This document shows positions 19,493 to 32,945 of a stretch of 64,000 bases of DNA, piece after piece; the stretch's first letter is position 1, and every line of letters starts with the position of its first letter. This DNA comes from Actinophytocola sp. (lineage in GTDB: Bacteria; Actinomycetota; Actinomycetes; Mycobacteriales; Pseudonocardiaceae), in assembly GCF_009379765.1 (NCBI RefSeq), contig NZ_WHTD01000016.1, forward strand, positions 8,694 to 72,693, read 5' to 3'. The notes beneath the pieces are model-generated. The model was not told the origin of the DNA. It saw only the letters and a list, made by a program, of their open reading frames with translations, and made no database searches. A program made the translations under genes and the position numbers.

Positions 19493-20277
19493 TACCCGTC
19501 GGGGAAGGGATCGTCCGCCTGACCGACCAGGTCCGCCACCGAGTCGATCACCCGGCTCGGGCGGTACGGGAACCTCTCGGCGGTGTCGGCGGACGAGATG
19601 CCGGTCATCACCAGGATCGTCCGCAAGCCCGCCTCCAGGCCGGACCGCACGTCCGTGTCCATGCGGTCGCCGATCATCAAGGTCGACTCGGAGTGGGCCC
19701 CGAGCGACCGCAGGGCGCTGCGCATCATCAGCGGGTTGGGCTTCCCGACGAAGTACGGGGCGTGGCCCGTCGCCCGCTCGATCAGCGCTGCCACCGAGCC
19801 CGTCGCCGGCAGCGAGCCCTCGCGTGACGGGCCCGTCGCGTCCGGGTTCGTCGCGATGAACCGGGCGCCTTGCTCCACCAGGCGGATGGCCGTGGTGATC
19901 GCGGTGAAGCTGTAGGTCCGGGTCTCGCCGAGGATCACGTAGTCCGGGTCGCGGTCGGTGAGCACGTACCCGATCTCGTGCAGCGCGGTGGTCAGGCCGG
20001 CCTCGCCGATGACGAAGGCCGAGCCGTCCGGGCGTTGGGAGTCCAGGAACATCGCGGTCGCCAGGGCCGAGGTCCAGATCGCGGACTCCGGCACGTCCAG
20101 GCCGGTCCGCTGCAGCCGCGCCCGCAGGTCCCGCGGCGTGTAGATGGAGTTGTTGGTCAGCACCAGGAATCGGATCTCCTTGGCGCGCAGCTCCTCGATC
20201 AGCTTGTCCGCCCCGGGGACCAGGTGCTCCTCGTGCACCAGCACCCCGTCCATGTCCATCAGATAGGTCCAGGCCAT
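19492..20277 (-). CDS. HAD-IIA (NagD-like) hydrolase
   Basis: DMDGVL, LTNNS, ATNPD, VGKPNP, IGDRMDTD. Confidence 0.92.
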   Translation of the reverse strand: MAWTYLMDMDGVLVHEEHLVPGADKLIEELRAKEIRFLVLTNNSIYTPRDLRARLQRTGLDVPESAIWTSALATAMFLDSQRPDGSAFVIGEAGLTTALHEIGYVLTDRDPDYVILGETRTYSFTAITTAIRLVEQGARFIATNPDATGPSREGSLPATGSVAALIERATGHAPYFVGKPNPLMMRSALRSLGAHSESTLMIGDRMDTDVRSGLEAGLRTILVMTGISSADTAERFPYRPSRVIDSVADLVGQADDPFPDG

Positions 20278-20336
20278 GACCACATCGTCCCGCACGCGGC
20301 GGCCGGGCGGACGCGCGCGGCGGTTAACCTGTGAGA

Positions 20337-20609
20337 GTGACCACCGCCTCCACCACCGCCACGGTGCGGGTGCGCTACTTCGCCGGGGCACGCGCCGCGG
20401 CAGGCCTCGACGAGGAAACCGTCGGGCTCGGCGCGGACGCCACCATGCGGACCCTCGTCGACGAGCTCGCCGGCCGGCACGGCGCCGCACTCACCCGCGT
20501 GCTCACCGCGTGCAGCTTCCTGCTCGACGGCGTCGCCGTCCGGGACACCTCGATCGCGCTCCCCGACGGGTCCGGGGTCGACGTGCTGCCGCCGTTCGCC
20601 GGGGGCTGA
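20337..20609 (+). CDS. moaD: Molybdopterin synthase sulfur carrier
   Basis: VRVRYFAGARAAAG, C-terminal DVLPPFAGG. Confidence 0.9.
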   Translation: MTTASTTATVRVRYFAGARAAAGLDEETVGLGADATMRTLVDELAGRHGAALTRVLTACSFLLDGVAVRDTSIALPDGSGVDVLPPFAGG

Positions 20610-20966
20610 CCGCGGACGGGTTCTGTCCGCAAGGACCGGGAGACTTGTCGACATGTCCTCCGTAGGAGATCGGCGCCGACACGCCGGGATCGCTCGCTTC
20701 CTGCTCGCCGGACTGGAGATCGACTTCACTGTGGAGTCGCCGCCGGAATTAGTTACCGCATTGCGTCGGGTAATCACTCGATTTCAGCATGCAGCCGGCG
20801 ATCAATTGCAGTAGAGGCCTTTTGATCTCGATAAGCCGCCCTGATCGACGTGACTCAGGACTCACTTAGAGTGAATTATCTCGGGGAGAAAACGGGGAGA
20901 TAACGGCCGATTCTGTCGCTCTCACCTGCGTAAACGTCGACATCGCAATCGGTTGTCACTCGTTAC

Positions 20967-21895
<929 letters not shown>

Positions 21896-21926
21896 CCTGC
21901 GCCGTGACGTAACCGCGCCACGACAC

Positions 21927-21972
21927 ACGAGGGGCTCCACCGCGTAAATCCCCTGGCGGTGGAGCCCTTCGT
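21927..21972 (+). terminator. Hairpin after rpfA
   Basis: GGGCTCCACCGC-loop-GCGGTGGAGCCC. Confidence 0.7.
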
Positions 21973-22029
21973 CATGTCACGAAATCATGTCACGAGGGCC
22001 CGGTGCGGACCTCAGGTGCGCCCGAACCC

Positions 22030-22137
22030 GTGTCGTCCCCCGACGTAGGTGTGTCGCCCTCCCGCGTAGGTGTGTCGACCTCTGACGTGACACGGCCACG
22101 CCACAGGTCGACACAGCCACGCCACAGGTCGACACGG
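22030..22137. repeat. Intergenic 21-bp-period repeats in two opposed sets
   Basis: GTGTCG cores at 22030/22051/22072; GACAC cores at 22089/22110/22131. Confidence 0.7.
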
Positions 22138-22163
22138 GGACGGCGCGGGACGGCGCGGGGCCG

Positions 22164-23135
22164 CTACGGGCAGTTGACCCACTCGTCGGTGCCGTCGGTG
22201 AAGGTCTGGTGCTTCCAGATTGGCAGCCGGGCCTTCACGTCGTCCACCAGGTCCGAGCACGCCGCGAACGCCTCCCGGCGGTGCTCGGCGGCCACCGCGC
22301 ACGCCAGCGCCACGTCGCCGATGGCCAGGGCGCCGGTCCGATGGCTCACCGCGATCGCGCGCAGGCCCCGGTGCCGGCCGGCCACCGCGGCGGCGACCTC
22401 CTCGATCACGGCCTTCGCGCCCGGGTGACCCTCGTAGTCCAGGTTCACCACGCCCCGGCCGCCGTCGTGGTCGCGCACGACCCCGGCGAACGTCACGACC
22501 GCGCCGGCCGCGGCCTCGTCGACCAGCGTGGCGTGCTCGTCCACCGACAGCGGCGACTCGCTGATCTCGGCCCGAAGCACCCGCGCGGGCACCGTGGCGG
22601 CGGCCGGCCGTTCGGCTGCGGGCGGGTCACCGGCGGGAGCGGTGGCCGCGGCGGTCGGCCGCACGTGGTCGCCGCCGTGCACCTGGTCCACGGCGTGGTC
22701 CAGCACGTCCGCGAGCACACCCAGCCCGTCGCGGACCCCACCGGTCGAGCCCGGCAGGTTCACGACGAGGGTCGAGCCCGCCACGCCGGCCCGGCCGCGG
22801 GACAGCACGGCCGTCGGCACCGCGGGCAGGCCCGCCGCCCGCACCGCGTCCGCGAGCCCAGGGACCTCGTAGTCCAGCACCGACGCGGTCATCTCCGGCG
22901 TGCGGTCGGTCGGCGAGATGCCCGTGCCGCCGGTCGTGACGACGACGTCGACCTCGGCGGCGACGGCGGCACGCAGGGCCGACGCCACCTGCTCGCCGTC
23001 CGGCACGACCTCCGCGGGCGGCACGTCGTAGCCGCGCTCGCGCAGCCAGGCGACGATCAGCGGGCCGGTCTTGTCGGCGTACACCCCGGCGGCCGCGCGG
23101 TTGGACGCGGTCACCACCCGTGCCGTGCGCGTCAT
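22164..23135 (-). CDS. Fused MogA/MoaB-MoaE molybdenum cofactor protein
   Basis: TTGGTGISPTDRTPE and NLPGS, an Ala/Pro linker, then GAVVTFAGVVRDHD and VKARLPIWKHQ in one frame. Confidence 0.88.
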   Translation of the reverse strand: MTRTARVVTASNRAAAGVYADKTGPLIVAWLRERGYDVPPAEVVPDGEQVASALRAAVAAEVDVVVTTGGTGISPTDRTPEMTASVLDYEVPGLADAVRAAGLPAVPTAVLSRGRAGVAGSTLVVNLPGSTGGVRDGLGVLADVLDHAVDQVHGGDHVRPTAAATAPAGDPPAAERPAAATVPARVLRAEISESPLSVDEHATLVDEAAAGAVVTFAGVVRDHDGGRGVVNLDYEGHPGAKAVIEEVAAAVAGRHRGLRAIAVSHRTGALAIGDVALACAVAAEHRREAFAACSDLVDDVKARLPIWKHQTFTDGTDEWVNCP

Positions 23136-23611
23136 CGGTCCTCCGGTCGGGTCCAGGTGCCGGTCTTGCCGCCGTCCTTGCGCTCGAGCCGAACGGCGTC
23201 CAGCACGGCCGCGGGGTCCACGGCCTTGATCATGTCGTGCAGGGTGAGCCCGGCGACCGCGACCGCGGTGAGCGCCTCCATCTCCACACCCGTGCGGTCC
23301 GTCGTCCGCGCCGTGGCCGTGATGCCCACCTCGGCGGCGCCCAGGGAGAAGTCGACGGTGACGCCCGAGATGGCGATCGGATGGCACAGCGGGATCAGGT
23401 CCGGCGTGCGCTTGGCGCCCATGATGCCGGCGATCCGGGCCGTGGCGAGCGCGTCGCCCTTCTTCAGCCCGTTGGACGCCAGCAGCCCGACGACCTCGGC
23501 GGTGGTCCGCACGGTCCCGGTGGCCACCGCGACGCGCGCGGACGCCTCCTTGCCCGTCACGTCCACCATGCGAGCCGCACCGGCGGCGTCGACATGACTC
23601 AGCTCACCCAC
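23132..23611 (-). CDS. moaC: Cyclic pyranopterin monophosphate synthase
   Basis: LSHVD..G.ARMVDV, LIPLCHP, TGVEMEAL, DMIKAVD, KDGGKTG. Confidence 0.95.
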   Translation of the reverse strand: MGELSHVDAAGAARMVDVTGKEASARVAVATGTVRTTAEVVGLLASNGLKKGDALATARIAGIMGAKRTPDLIPLCHPIAISGVTVDFSLGAAEVGITATARTTDRTGVEMEALTAVAVAGLTLHDMIKAVDPAAVLDAVRLERKDGGKTGTWTRPEDR

Positions 23612-23632
23612 GAGCCGATGCTACGACCCGCC

Positions 23633-25036
<1,404 letters not shown>

Positions 25037-25061
25037 GTGGATCGCTCCCGAGTGGACGGAC

Positions 25062-25250
25062 CTACTGCTTGTTGATCTCGGTGACCGGGTGCTGGTAGCC
25101 GACCTGCTCGGCCGGCAGCGGGAAGACCAGGTCGCCGTACGGGGACAGCGCACCCTGCCGGTCGGTGGCGGTCTCGCTCACCGGGTGCCCACCGTCCACG
25201 TCGTCCGGCCAGTGCGGGTCGATGTAGTGCGATTTGTCGGCCTTCGCCAC
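25062..25250 (-). CDS. Small conserved actinobacterial protein (Rv0863-like)
   Basis: H.VSE..TDR.GALSP.G.L.FP.P....Y.HPVT pattern and syntenic position. Confidence 0.75.
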   Translation of the reverse strand: MAKADKSHYIDPHWPDDVDGGHPVSETATDRQGALSPYGDLVFPLPAEQVGYQHPVTEINKQ

Positions 25251-25353
25251 GGGGCCCCTCCTGGGATCTCGGCCAGCGCGTCAACGGAGATAGAGGCTAC
25301 CGGACCTCGGTGGCGGCCTGATGACGCCTCCGTGCCGCGTATACCGTGGTCAC

Positions 25354-27633
25354 GTGCCCGCCGTCCCGCTCACCGAATGGCTGCGCGGCCAGGACGACCA
25401 GCTCTTGGCCGACCTGCTGCGCGCACGCCCCGACCTCGCGACCCCGCCACCCGCCGACGTGGCCGTCCTGGCCGCGCGGACCGGCAGCCGCGCGTCGGTG
25501 ACCAGGGCCGCCGAGGGGCTGGACACGTTCACCCTGGCCGTGCTGGACGCGCTGGTGGTGGCCGGCGCCGACAGCTCCCCCGTGCCGGTCGACGCGGTCA
25601 CCGCGCTGGTCGGGCCGGGCGCGGACCCGAGCCGGGTGCGAGCGGCCGTCGAGCAGCTGGTCCGCCTCGCGCTCGCCTGGGGCACCGCGGACATCTCCGT
25701 CGCACCGGCCGCGCGCGAGGCGAGTGGCCTCTACCCCGCCGGGCTCGGCCAGCCATCCGACGCGCTGGCCGGTGTCGACATCCCGGCGCTGCTCGACGAG
25801 CTCACCGAGGCCGACCGCCGGCTGCTCACCACGCTCGCGCACGGCTCGCCGGTGGGCCGGACCAAGGACCCTGTAGTCAGCTCAGGCGTCGTCGTGCCGC
25901 TCGAGCGGGCGCGGACACCGGTGCAGCGCATGCTCGCGATGGGCCTGCTGCTGCGCCGGGACGCGGAGACCGTCGAGCTGCCCCGCCAGGTCGGCCTCGC
26001 CCTGCGCGGCGACAGTCCACTCGGGACGGTGCGGCTGGACGAGCCGGCGCTGCGCACCTCCCGACACCCATCGTCCACTGTGGACGCCACTGGCGCGGGC
26101 GAGGTGCTGGAGCTGTTGCGCCGCACGGAAAGCCTGCTCGAGTCCTGGGGCAAGGATCCGGCCACGGTACTCAAGGCAGGCGGCCTCGGGGTGCGCGACG
26201 TGCGCAAGCTCACCCGCGAGCTCGACACCGACGAGCGCGGCGCGGGCTTCGTCGCCGAGCTCGCGTTCGGTGCCGGGATGATCGCCGACAGCGGCGCGCC
26301 GAGCAATGCCGAGTGGCTGCCGACCACGCTCGCCGACCCGTGGCTCACCGCCACCCCGGCCAACCAGTGGGCCACGCTCGCCGCCGCGTGGCTGGACCTC
26401 CCCCGGCTGCCCGGGCTCGCCGGCATGCGGGACGCGAAGGACCGGGTGCTCGCGCCGCTGTCCGACGACCTGCGCCGCCCGCCCGCGCCGGCCGAGCGCC
26501 GCCGAGTGCTCACCGCCCTCGCCGGGCTGCCCGCCGGCACCGGCGTCGCGTCTCCCGACGAGGTCGCCGACGTGCTGGCCTGGCGCGCGCCGCGGCGCGG
26601 TGGCCGGCTGCGCGACGAGATCGTCCGCTGGACGCTCACCGAGGCGACGGCGCTCGGCGTGGTCGCGCTGGGGGCGATCACGTCGGCGGGCCGGGCGCTG
26701 CTCACCGACGGCCCGGCCGCCGCGGCGAAGCGGATGGCCGAGTCGATGCCCGAGCCGCTCGACCACGTGCTGGTGCAGGCGGACCTGACGGTGGTCGCGC
26801 CGGGGCCGCTGGAACCCCAGCTCGCGATCGACGTCGGCCAGGTCGCCGACATCGAGTCCGCCGGCAGCGCGACGGTCTACCGGGTGACCGAGGCGTCGGT
26901 TCGCCGCGCGCTGGACATCGGGCGGACCGCGGAGGAGCTGCACGAGCTGTTCCGGACCCGGTCCCGGACGCCGGTGCCGCAGTCGCTGAGCTACCTGATC
27001 GACGACGTGGCCCGCCGGCACGGCCGGCTGCGCGGCGGGGCGGCGGCCTCGTTCCTCCGCTGCGACGACCCGGTGCTGGTGGCCGAGGTCGTCGCGCATC
27101 CGGCGGCGACCCGCCTCGAGCTGCGCCGCATCGCGCCGACGGTGCTGGTGAGCCCCCTGCCGCTGGCCGACGTGCTGGACGAGCTGCGCAAGGCCGGCTT
27201 CGCGCCTGCGGCCGAGGGCGCCGACGGCGAGGTGCTCGACCTGCGCCCGACCGGCCTGCGGCTGCCCGCGTCGGCCCGCACCCGCCGGGCCGGCCTGCCC
27301 ACACCGCCGAGCGACGAGCGGATGCGCGACATCGTCCACCAGCTGCGCGCGGGAGACACCGCGGCCGCGACGCGCCGGGGCCGGACGGTGTCGCTCGCCG
27401 CGGGCAGCGGTGCGGCGGACACGGCCGCGACGCTCGCTCTGCTGCGGGAGGCGATCGAGCAGCGTGGGCACGTGCTGATCGACTTCGTGGACTCGCGCGG
27501 GGTGGCGAGCCAGCGCCTGGTCACGCCGTTCCGGGTGGGTGGCGGCGTGCTGGAGGGTCGGGACGCCACCGGGGACGCGGTGCGGCAGTACCCGCTGCAC
27601 CGGATCACGACGGCGTCGCTGATCGGGACGTGA
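25354..27633 (+). CDS. Helicase-associated domain protein (Rv0862c-like, XPB partner)
   Basis: LLRARPDLATPPP, VQADLTVVAPGPL, ESAGSATVYR, PVPQSLSYLIDDVARRHG, C-terminal WYL-like HRIT. Confidence 0.85.
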   Translation: MPAVPLTEWLRGQDDQLLADLLRARPDLATPPPADVAVLAARTGSRASVTRAAEGLDTFTLAVLDALVVAGADSSPVPVDAVTALVGPGADPSRVRAAVEQLVRLALAWGTADISVAPAAREASGLYPAGLGQPSDALAGVDIPALLDELTEADRRLLTTLAHGSPVGRTKDPVVSSGVVVPLERARTPVQRMLAMGLLLRRDAETVELPRQVGLALRGDSPLGTVRLDEPALRTSRHPSSTVDATGAGEVLELLRRTESLLESWGKDPATVLKAGGLGVRDVRKLTRELDTDERGAGFVAELAFGAGMIADSGAPSNAEWLPTTLADPWLTATPANQWATLAAAWLDLPRLPGLAGMRDAKDRVLAPLSDDLRRPPAPAERRRVLTALAGLPAGTGVASPDEVADVLAWRAPRRGGRLRDEIVRWTLTEATALGVVALGAITSAGRALLTDGPAAAAKRMAESMPEPLDHVLVQADLTVVAPGPLEPQLAIDVGQVADIESAGSATVYRVTEASVRRALDIGRTAEELHELFRTRSRTPVPQSLSYLIDDVARRHGRLRGGAAASFLRCDDPVLVAEVVAHPAATRLELRRIAPTVLVSPLPLADVLDELRKAGFAPAAEGADGEVLDLRPTGLRLPASARTRRAGLPTPPSDERMRDIVHQLRAGDTAAATRRGRTVSLAAGSGAADTAATLALLREAIEQRGHVLIDFVDSRGVASQRLVTPFRVGGGVLEGRDATGDAVRQYPLHRITTASLIGT

Positions 27634-27691
27634 CCCGGCGGCTCCAACGGGACCCGACCGGTTCTCCAGGAGGAGCGTGCACCGTCCTCGC

Positions 27692-27988
27692 ATGGGCGGT
27701 ACCAGTGACGACGCGGACCGGCGCACGGACCGGAGCACGACGGCGGACCGGCTGCGGCTGATGCGCGAGGACTTCCTGGACCGGGCCGACGTGATAGACG
27801 GCGGCGTCCGCGCCCTGCTCGGCCGGATCGATCTGACCCGCACCGACGCGGACCACGACCGCATGATCGACGCCCTGATGGGGGTGAGCCGAGCCGCGGA
27901 CGCCTTGCGGGCCTTGGCCCGCAACGACCTGGCCGGCGCGGACGAGGCGACGAGCTCGATGGCCCACTACGCCCGCCGAGCCCGCTAA
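27692..27988 (+). CDS. Hypothetical helical protein
   Basis: Codon usage consistent with coding; AGGAGGAG upstream. Start could be 27677. Confidence 0.55.
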   Translation: MGGTSDDADRRTDRSTTADRLRLMREDFLDRADVIDGGVRALLGRIDLTRTDADHDRMIDALMGVSRAADALRALARNDLAGADEATSSMAHYARRAR

Positions 27989-28102
27989 CCCGCCTCCCCG
28001 GAATCCAAAGTGTTGGTTGCGTCCCAGCGGACGGTGCGGATCTCCGGTGGTTGGTGGCTGGGTGCCGTCACGGTCCCCTGAGGTTGCGTTGGTCGGCGCG
28101 GA

Positions 28103-28711
28103 CTAGCCGGCGCGGGCGGACATGCGCTGGTGCATCGCGTGCTCCACCAGCGTGATGAGCGTCTCCTTCGTGGACTCGCGGTCTCGCGCGTCGCACGTCA
28201 CCACCGGGACCGACTGCTCGATCGTGAGCGCGTCGCGCACGTCGTCGACGCGGTGGTGGAGCACTCGGTCGAAGCAGTTGATCGCCACCACGTAGGGCAG
28301 CTGCCGGTCCTCGAAGAAGTCGATCGACGCGAACGCGTCGGCGAGCCTGCGCGTGTCGACCAGGACGACGGCGCCGATGGCGCCGCGCACGAGGTCGTCC
28401 CACATGAACCAGAACCGGTGCTGACCCGGCGTACCGAACAGGTACAGGATCAGGTCGCTGTCCAGTGAGACGCGCCCGAAGTCCATGGCCACCGTCGTGG
28501 TGACCTTGTTCGGCGTTGCCGAGAGGTCGTCCACGTCCACGCTGGCCTCGGTCATGACGGCCTCGGTGGTGAGCGGGACGATCTCGGACACGGAGCCGAC
28601 GAGAGTCGTCTTGCCGACCCCGAACCCGCCGGCGACAACGATCTTGGCCGAGGTAGTCGGCTGCGGTGACGTGCCGCGCGGGCTGAGGGGACTAGAGCCT
28701 GCGGAGACCAC
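28103..28711 (-). CDS. Conservon small GTPase (CvnD-like)
   Basis: GGFGVGKTT, TTVAMDFG, LFGTPGQ.RFWFMW. Confidence 0.92.
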   Translation of the reverse strand: MVSAGSSPLSPRGTSPQPTTSAKIVVAGGFGVGKTTLVGSVSEIVPLTTEAVMTEASVDVDDLSATPNKVTTTVAMDFGRVSLDSDLILYLFGTPGQHRFWFMWDDLVRGAIGAVVLVDTRRLADAFASIDFFEDRQLPYVVAINCFDRVLHHRVDDVRDALTIEQSVPVVTCDARDRESTKETLITLVEHAMHQRMSARAG

Positions 28712-29315
28712 TGAGCACCCTTTCCATGAATTCGATCGACGGCCGGTCGCCAACGACCATGCCGCTCTGATGGATCAGGACCAGCCCCATACCGGCCATG
28801 TCTCCGATCAACACCCTGGCCACCCCGAGCGGGAGCCGCAGATGAGCGGCCACCTCGGCGACGGACCTGGTGTCCAAGCAAAGACCACAGATCGACCGGT
28901 GCTCCGGTAGCACGGCCGCGTCCGGGGCCTTCCCCCGATCGCTGGTGGACACCAGCGCCTCGATCGCAAGATCATAGTCGGACCTCGTGCGGCCACCCGT
29001 CTTGGTGTACGGCCGTACCAACGATCCGGTTTCGAACGACGCGGGAGCCCCTCGCCCGATCGGCCCGCTGCCGAGCATGTCGGCGCTGGAACCCCAGACG
29101 CCGCTGCCCGCGACAGCGTTGACGCCGCTGTCGTCCGGACCGATGCTCGGGATCTCCTTGCTGTCCCAAGCGGACTGCGCCGGAATCCCCGAATCGCCGT
29201 ACAGCGTCGCCCCGGGCCCACCGAACAACCTGGCCCGGAAACCGTCGACGTCGAACCGGTTAGGTGCGTCGCCGACATCATGCTCGGGGAGGTCCTCCCA
29301 ACCTTTCTCCGGCAT
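28692..29315 (-). CDS. Conservon DUF742 protein (CvnC-like)
   Basis: VRPYT.TGGRTR, SVAEVAAHLRLPLGVARVLIGD, ERVLSGLRRL. Confidence 0.88.
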   Translation of the reverse strand: MPEKGWEDLPEHDVGDAPNRFDVDGFRARLFGGPGATLYGDSGIPAQSAWDSKEIPSIGPDDSGVNAVAGSGVWGSSADMLGSGPIGRGAPASFETGSLVRPYTKTGGRTRSDYDLAIEALVSTSDRGKAPDAAVLPEHRSICGLCLDTRSVAEVAAHLRLPLGVARVLIGDMAGMGLVLIHQSGMVVGDRPSIEFMERVLSGLRRL

Positions 29316-29433
29316 CTCTACTCGCCTCCGCTCTGACTCTCCGGCGCGCGGTAATCGTCGCTGCAGGTGTCCCCGAGTTGGACGCATAAGGCCCAGCCTC
29401 CGCTCTGCTTCCGCTTCCGCGCGGTGAGCATGC

Positions 29434-29859
29434 TTACCTGCGCTGTGCGCCCTGTAGCTGGGCACGCAGCTCCGGAGTCATCTGCTGGCCGACGCGCTCG
29501 ACCAGCAATGTCATCTCGTAGGCGACCAGCCCGATGTCGCAGTTCGGTGCGGCCAGTACCGCGAGGCACGAGCCGTCCGAGATCGACATCAGGAACAGGT
29601 ATCCGCGGTCCATCTCGACCACGGTCTGGTTGACGCCGCCAGCCTCGAAGCACCTCGCGGCGCCTTGGGTGAGGCTGACCAGGCCGGAGGACACCGCCGA
29701 GAGCTGCTCGGCGCGGTCCCTCGGCAGGCCTTGCGAGCCGGCGAGCAGCAGTCCGTCCGCCGACACGACGACGGCGTGCGCCACACCGGGCACCTGACGG
29801 ACGAAATCTGTGATGAGCCACCCGAAGCTTCCGGGCTGATTTGCGGACGGGGTCGTCAC
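29434..29859 (-). CDS. Conservon roadblock/LC7 protein (CvnB-like)
   Basis: WLITDF...[23 protein letters not shown]. Confidence 0.92.
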   Translation of the reverse strand: MTTPSANQPGSFGWLITDFVRQVPGVAHAVVVSADGLLLAGSQGLPRDRAEQLSAVSSGLVSLTQGAARCFEAGGVNQTVVEMDRGYLFLMSISDGSCLAVLAAPNCDIGLVAYEMTLLVERVGQQMTPELRAQLQGAQRR

Positions 29860-32800
29860 TCCTGCTCCTCGTCTTGACGGCTGTCCTCGGGACCGGACTG
29901 GTCACCAGCGTATGCGTCGATCAGAGCGTGCCGGCCACGCCGGACACCCTGCTGGAAGCTTGACATGCGACCTCGGACGGCATCGGCCGTGCGCGGTGGC
30001 AGTGGCGGAGCCGCTGACGTCTCCGCGACGGCCTCCGCGTGGCGCGGAGCCGCAGAGCCCGGCACGAGCTGTGCCTTGGGCACCCGCTTCGGCAGGCCCG
30101 CAGTGGTTTGGGCCTCCGGGGTGGTCTCCAGGAGCGCCTGGGCGGCCAGCCACCCGTCGTCGCCCGGCGAGGTCCACGCCGCCGGCTCCGGCTCCTGCTG
30201 CTGCTGCGGCGCCTCCTGCCGAGGCGCGGCGTGCGTGGCGTTGGAGCCGTTGGCCCCGTTCATCCCGTTCTCGACCGGCGCCCCCGCGGGCTGCTCCGGC
30301 GGCTGGGCGGGCTGGCGTGGGGTGGACCCGGTGTCCGCGGCCTCGAACCATTGCGACAGCACGGCCTCGTAGATGGGCAGTCGCTCGGTCGGCGCGTCCA
30401 CACTCAGGTCCGCACCGTCCTGCGGGGGCCGGCCGGCGCCGAGCGGCGGGTAGCCGCCGACTCCGGAGTCCGTGCTCTCCACCGGGCCCGGGTCGGGCAG
30501 CGGGTTGCCGAACAGGGCCACCGTGTGCTGCTCGTCGTGCCGGCCGTTCTTCGGGCCTGGTTCGGGGTACTGGGTGGGCGGTTGCTCGGTCGACGCGCCG
30601 TTGGCGGTGGCCGAGCCGGCCCGGTCGTAGCCGAGGGTGAAGGCCGGGTATCCGGCGACCTCCTCCGGCGTCCGGTCCTGCCGGGTCTCCTGGCCCGGGT
30701 CGCCCAACGGGCCGCCGTCCGGCCGCAGCCGCGGCATGCCGCCGGTGAACGCGCCGGCGATGCCGCTGTTGCGGGTCGGCAGGTTCGGTGCGGGGGCCCC
30801 GGGTAGGCCGATGCCGCTCGGCGCGTCCGAGGCCGCCGCCAGCGACGACGTGGTGGACGTGGCGGACATCGACCGCGGCGCCTGGCCAACGGGCTGGACC
30901 AGGTCGGCCGGCACGTTGATCCGGGCGATCAGGCCGCCCTCGATGTCCTCGTTGTCCCGCAGCCGCACGATGATGTTGTGCCGCTTGGCCAGCCGGGCGA
31001 CCACGTACAGACCCATGCGCCTGGTCACGGCGACGTCCAGGTCCGGCGGGTCGGCCAGGCGGGCGTTGGCCGCCTCGATCTCGTCCTCCGACATACCGAC
31101 ACCCTGGTCGGTGATCTGGATGGCGAGCTCCTTCTTGCGCGTCATCGCCATCCGGACGATGACCTTCTTCTCCGGCTCGGAGAAGAAGGTGGCGTTGTCC
31201 AGCAGCTCCGCGATGACGTGCACGAGGTCGGAGACCGCGCGACCCTGCACCGCGACCTCGGGCGCCGAGGCGACCTCGATCCGGGCGTAGTGCTCGACCT
31301 CGGACACTGCCGCGCCGACGACCTCGGACGCGGGCACCGGACGGTTGAGCTGGCGGGACAGGCCGGTGCCCGAGAGCACCAGCAGGCTTTCCGAGTTCCG
31401 CCGCATCCGGGTGGCCAGGTGGTCGAGCTCGAACAGGCTCGCCAGCTGGTCGGGGTCCTGCTCGTCCTGCTCCAGTCGGTCGATCAGGGACAGCTGGCGT
31501 TCGACCAGCGCCTGGGACCGGCGGGACAGGTTGACGAAGATCGAGTTGATGTTGTCGCGCAGGAGGGCCTGCTCGGTCGCCATCAGGACCGCCTGCTCCT
31601 GGACCGCGTCGAACGAGCGGGCCAGCTGGCCGGTCTCCTCGCGGGTGAACACGGCCACCGGCTCGACCGCGTGCTTGGCGGCCTCCGCGGGGTCCGGGTC
31701 GGCGAGGATTCGCTGCACCGAGGCCGGCAGCCTGCGGTTCGCGACCTCGAGCGCCTCGCGGCGCAGGATCCGCAGCGGCTTCAGCAGCGACCTGGTGACG
31801 ATGGCCATCAGGGCGAGCGCGAGCAGCAGCGCCGCGAGCACGATCGCCGAGTCCCGCCAGGCCGACTGGGTCGCCGCGTCGGCGAGCCCGTTGGCATCGT
31901 CACGCAGGTCGTTGAGCAGGTCCGTCTCGACCGCGCGCAGGTGCTCCAGCGTCGCCGAGCCGGTGTTGGTCAGGTCCGCGACGCTGATGTTGAGGTCGAC
32001 CGGGCTGTCCTCCGTGGAGGCCTCGGCGGACGCGATCGCCTGCGCCTTGATCCGCTGGCGGTCGTCGACCTCGCGACCGGAGACCGTGTCGGAGTAGAGC
32101 TGCAGCTGCTCGGTCGAGGCGTTAGCGCGGTAGTCGCCGAGCGCGCTGGCCGAGCTCGCCTGCGCGTCCCGGACACGCTGCAGCAGGTCACCGGGGAACT
32201 CGTTGCGGGCGGCCGCGATCTGCAGGATCGCGTTCTCCTTGCCCACGTTCTCCTTGGACTCCGACAGCGACTGGATGACGTTGCTCTCCCGGAGCAGGTT
32301 CCGGTCGGTGACCGCGGTGTTGATCTCGCGACCCAGCCGCACCAGCGCGTCGAGCACCGCGGAGTACGCGGCGAACACCGCGGAGTCCGGATATGCGGTG
32401 TCGGCGGCGGTACGCCGGATGGAGGGCAGCGCGGACAGCCGCTGCAGGCCGATGTTGTAGCGCTGCTTGGCGGCCTCGTCGTCGGTGTCGAGCCCGCGGG
32501 CCGCGGCCTGCGCCGACTCCACCGCCTGGTCCACCAGGTTGACCTGGGTGTCCAGCTCGGTGCGGGCGCCCTGCCGACCGTTGGCGACCCGGGCGACCGA
32601 GATCGTGCGCTCCTTCTGGAGCTCGTGCACGACGCTGGTCACGTTCCGGGCCAGGTCGACCTGGCTCACGGTCTGGTGGAACTCGGCGGCGCGATCGAGG
32701 TCCACGCTTGCGCGCAGCCCGCCGAGGATCAACGCGGTGAGCGTCGGCACGACGATGACGGCGATGACCTTGGTGCGCAGCCGCCAGTTGCGCATCCGCA

Positions 32801-32945
32801 GGCGGGAGCCGCCCTTCATGGCGCTCGCCGGGCCGGCCGAACGGCGGCCGGGCACGGGGTTCTGGTCAGGCACGGCGGCACCATAGTCGGTGCGGTTGCC
32901 AGCGCGGGGTGGGACGTCAGCAGTGTGGTCGGGCACTCCCAGCAC
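29856..32945 (-). CDS. Conservon sensor kinase-like protein (CvnA) with NIT-like sensor, HAMP and HATPase
   Basis: [57 protein letters not shown]. Start uncertain. Confidence 0.9.
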   Translation of the reverse strand: MLGVPDHTADVPPRAGNRTDYGAAVPDQNPVPGRRSAGPASAMKGGSRLRMRNWRLRTKVIAVIVVPTLTALILGGLRASVDLDRAAEFHQTVSQVDLARNVTSVVHELQKERTISVARVANGRQGARTELDTQVNLVDQAVESAQAAARGLDTDDEAAKQRYNIGLQRLSALPSIRRTAADTAYPDSAVFAAYSAVLDALVRLGREINTAVTDRNLLRESNVIQSLSESKENVGKENAILQIAAARNEFPGDLLQRVRDAQASSASALGDYRANASTEQLQLYSDTVSGREVDDRQRIKAQAIASAEASTEDSPVDLNISVADLTNTGSATLEHLRAVETDLLNDLRDDANGLADAATQSAWRDSAIVLAALLLALALMAIVTRSLLKPLRILRREALEVANRRLPASVQRILADPDPAEAAKHAVEPVAVFTREETGQLARSFDAVQEQAVLMATEQALLRDNINSIFVNLSRRSQALVERQLSLIDRLEQDEQDPDQLASLFELDHLATRMRRNSESLLVLSGTGLSRQLNRPVPASEVVGAAVSEVEHYARIEVASAPEVAVQGRAVSDLVHVIAELLDNATFFSEPEKKVIVRMAMTRKKELAIQITDQGVGMSEDEIEAANARLADPPDLDVAVTRRMGLYVVARLAKRHNIIVRLRDNEDIEGGLIARINVPADLVQPVGQAPRSMSATSTTSSLAAASDAPSGIGLPGAPAPNLPTRNSGIAGAFTGGMPRLRPDGGPLGDPGQETRQDRTPEEVAGYPAFTLGYDRAGSATANGASTEQPPTQYPEPGPKNGRHDEQHTVALFGNPLPDPGPVESTDSGVGGYPPLGAGRPPQDGADLSVDAPTERLPIYEAVLSQWFEAADTGSTPRQPAQPPEQPAGAPVENGMNGANGSNATHAAPRQEAPQQQQEPEPAAWTSPGDDGWLAAQALLETTPEAQTTAGLPKRVPKAQLVPGSAAPRHAEAVAETSAAPPLPPRTADAVRGRMSSFQQGVRRGRHALIDAYAGDQSGPEDSRQDEEQE

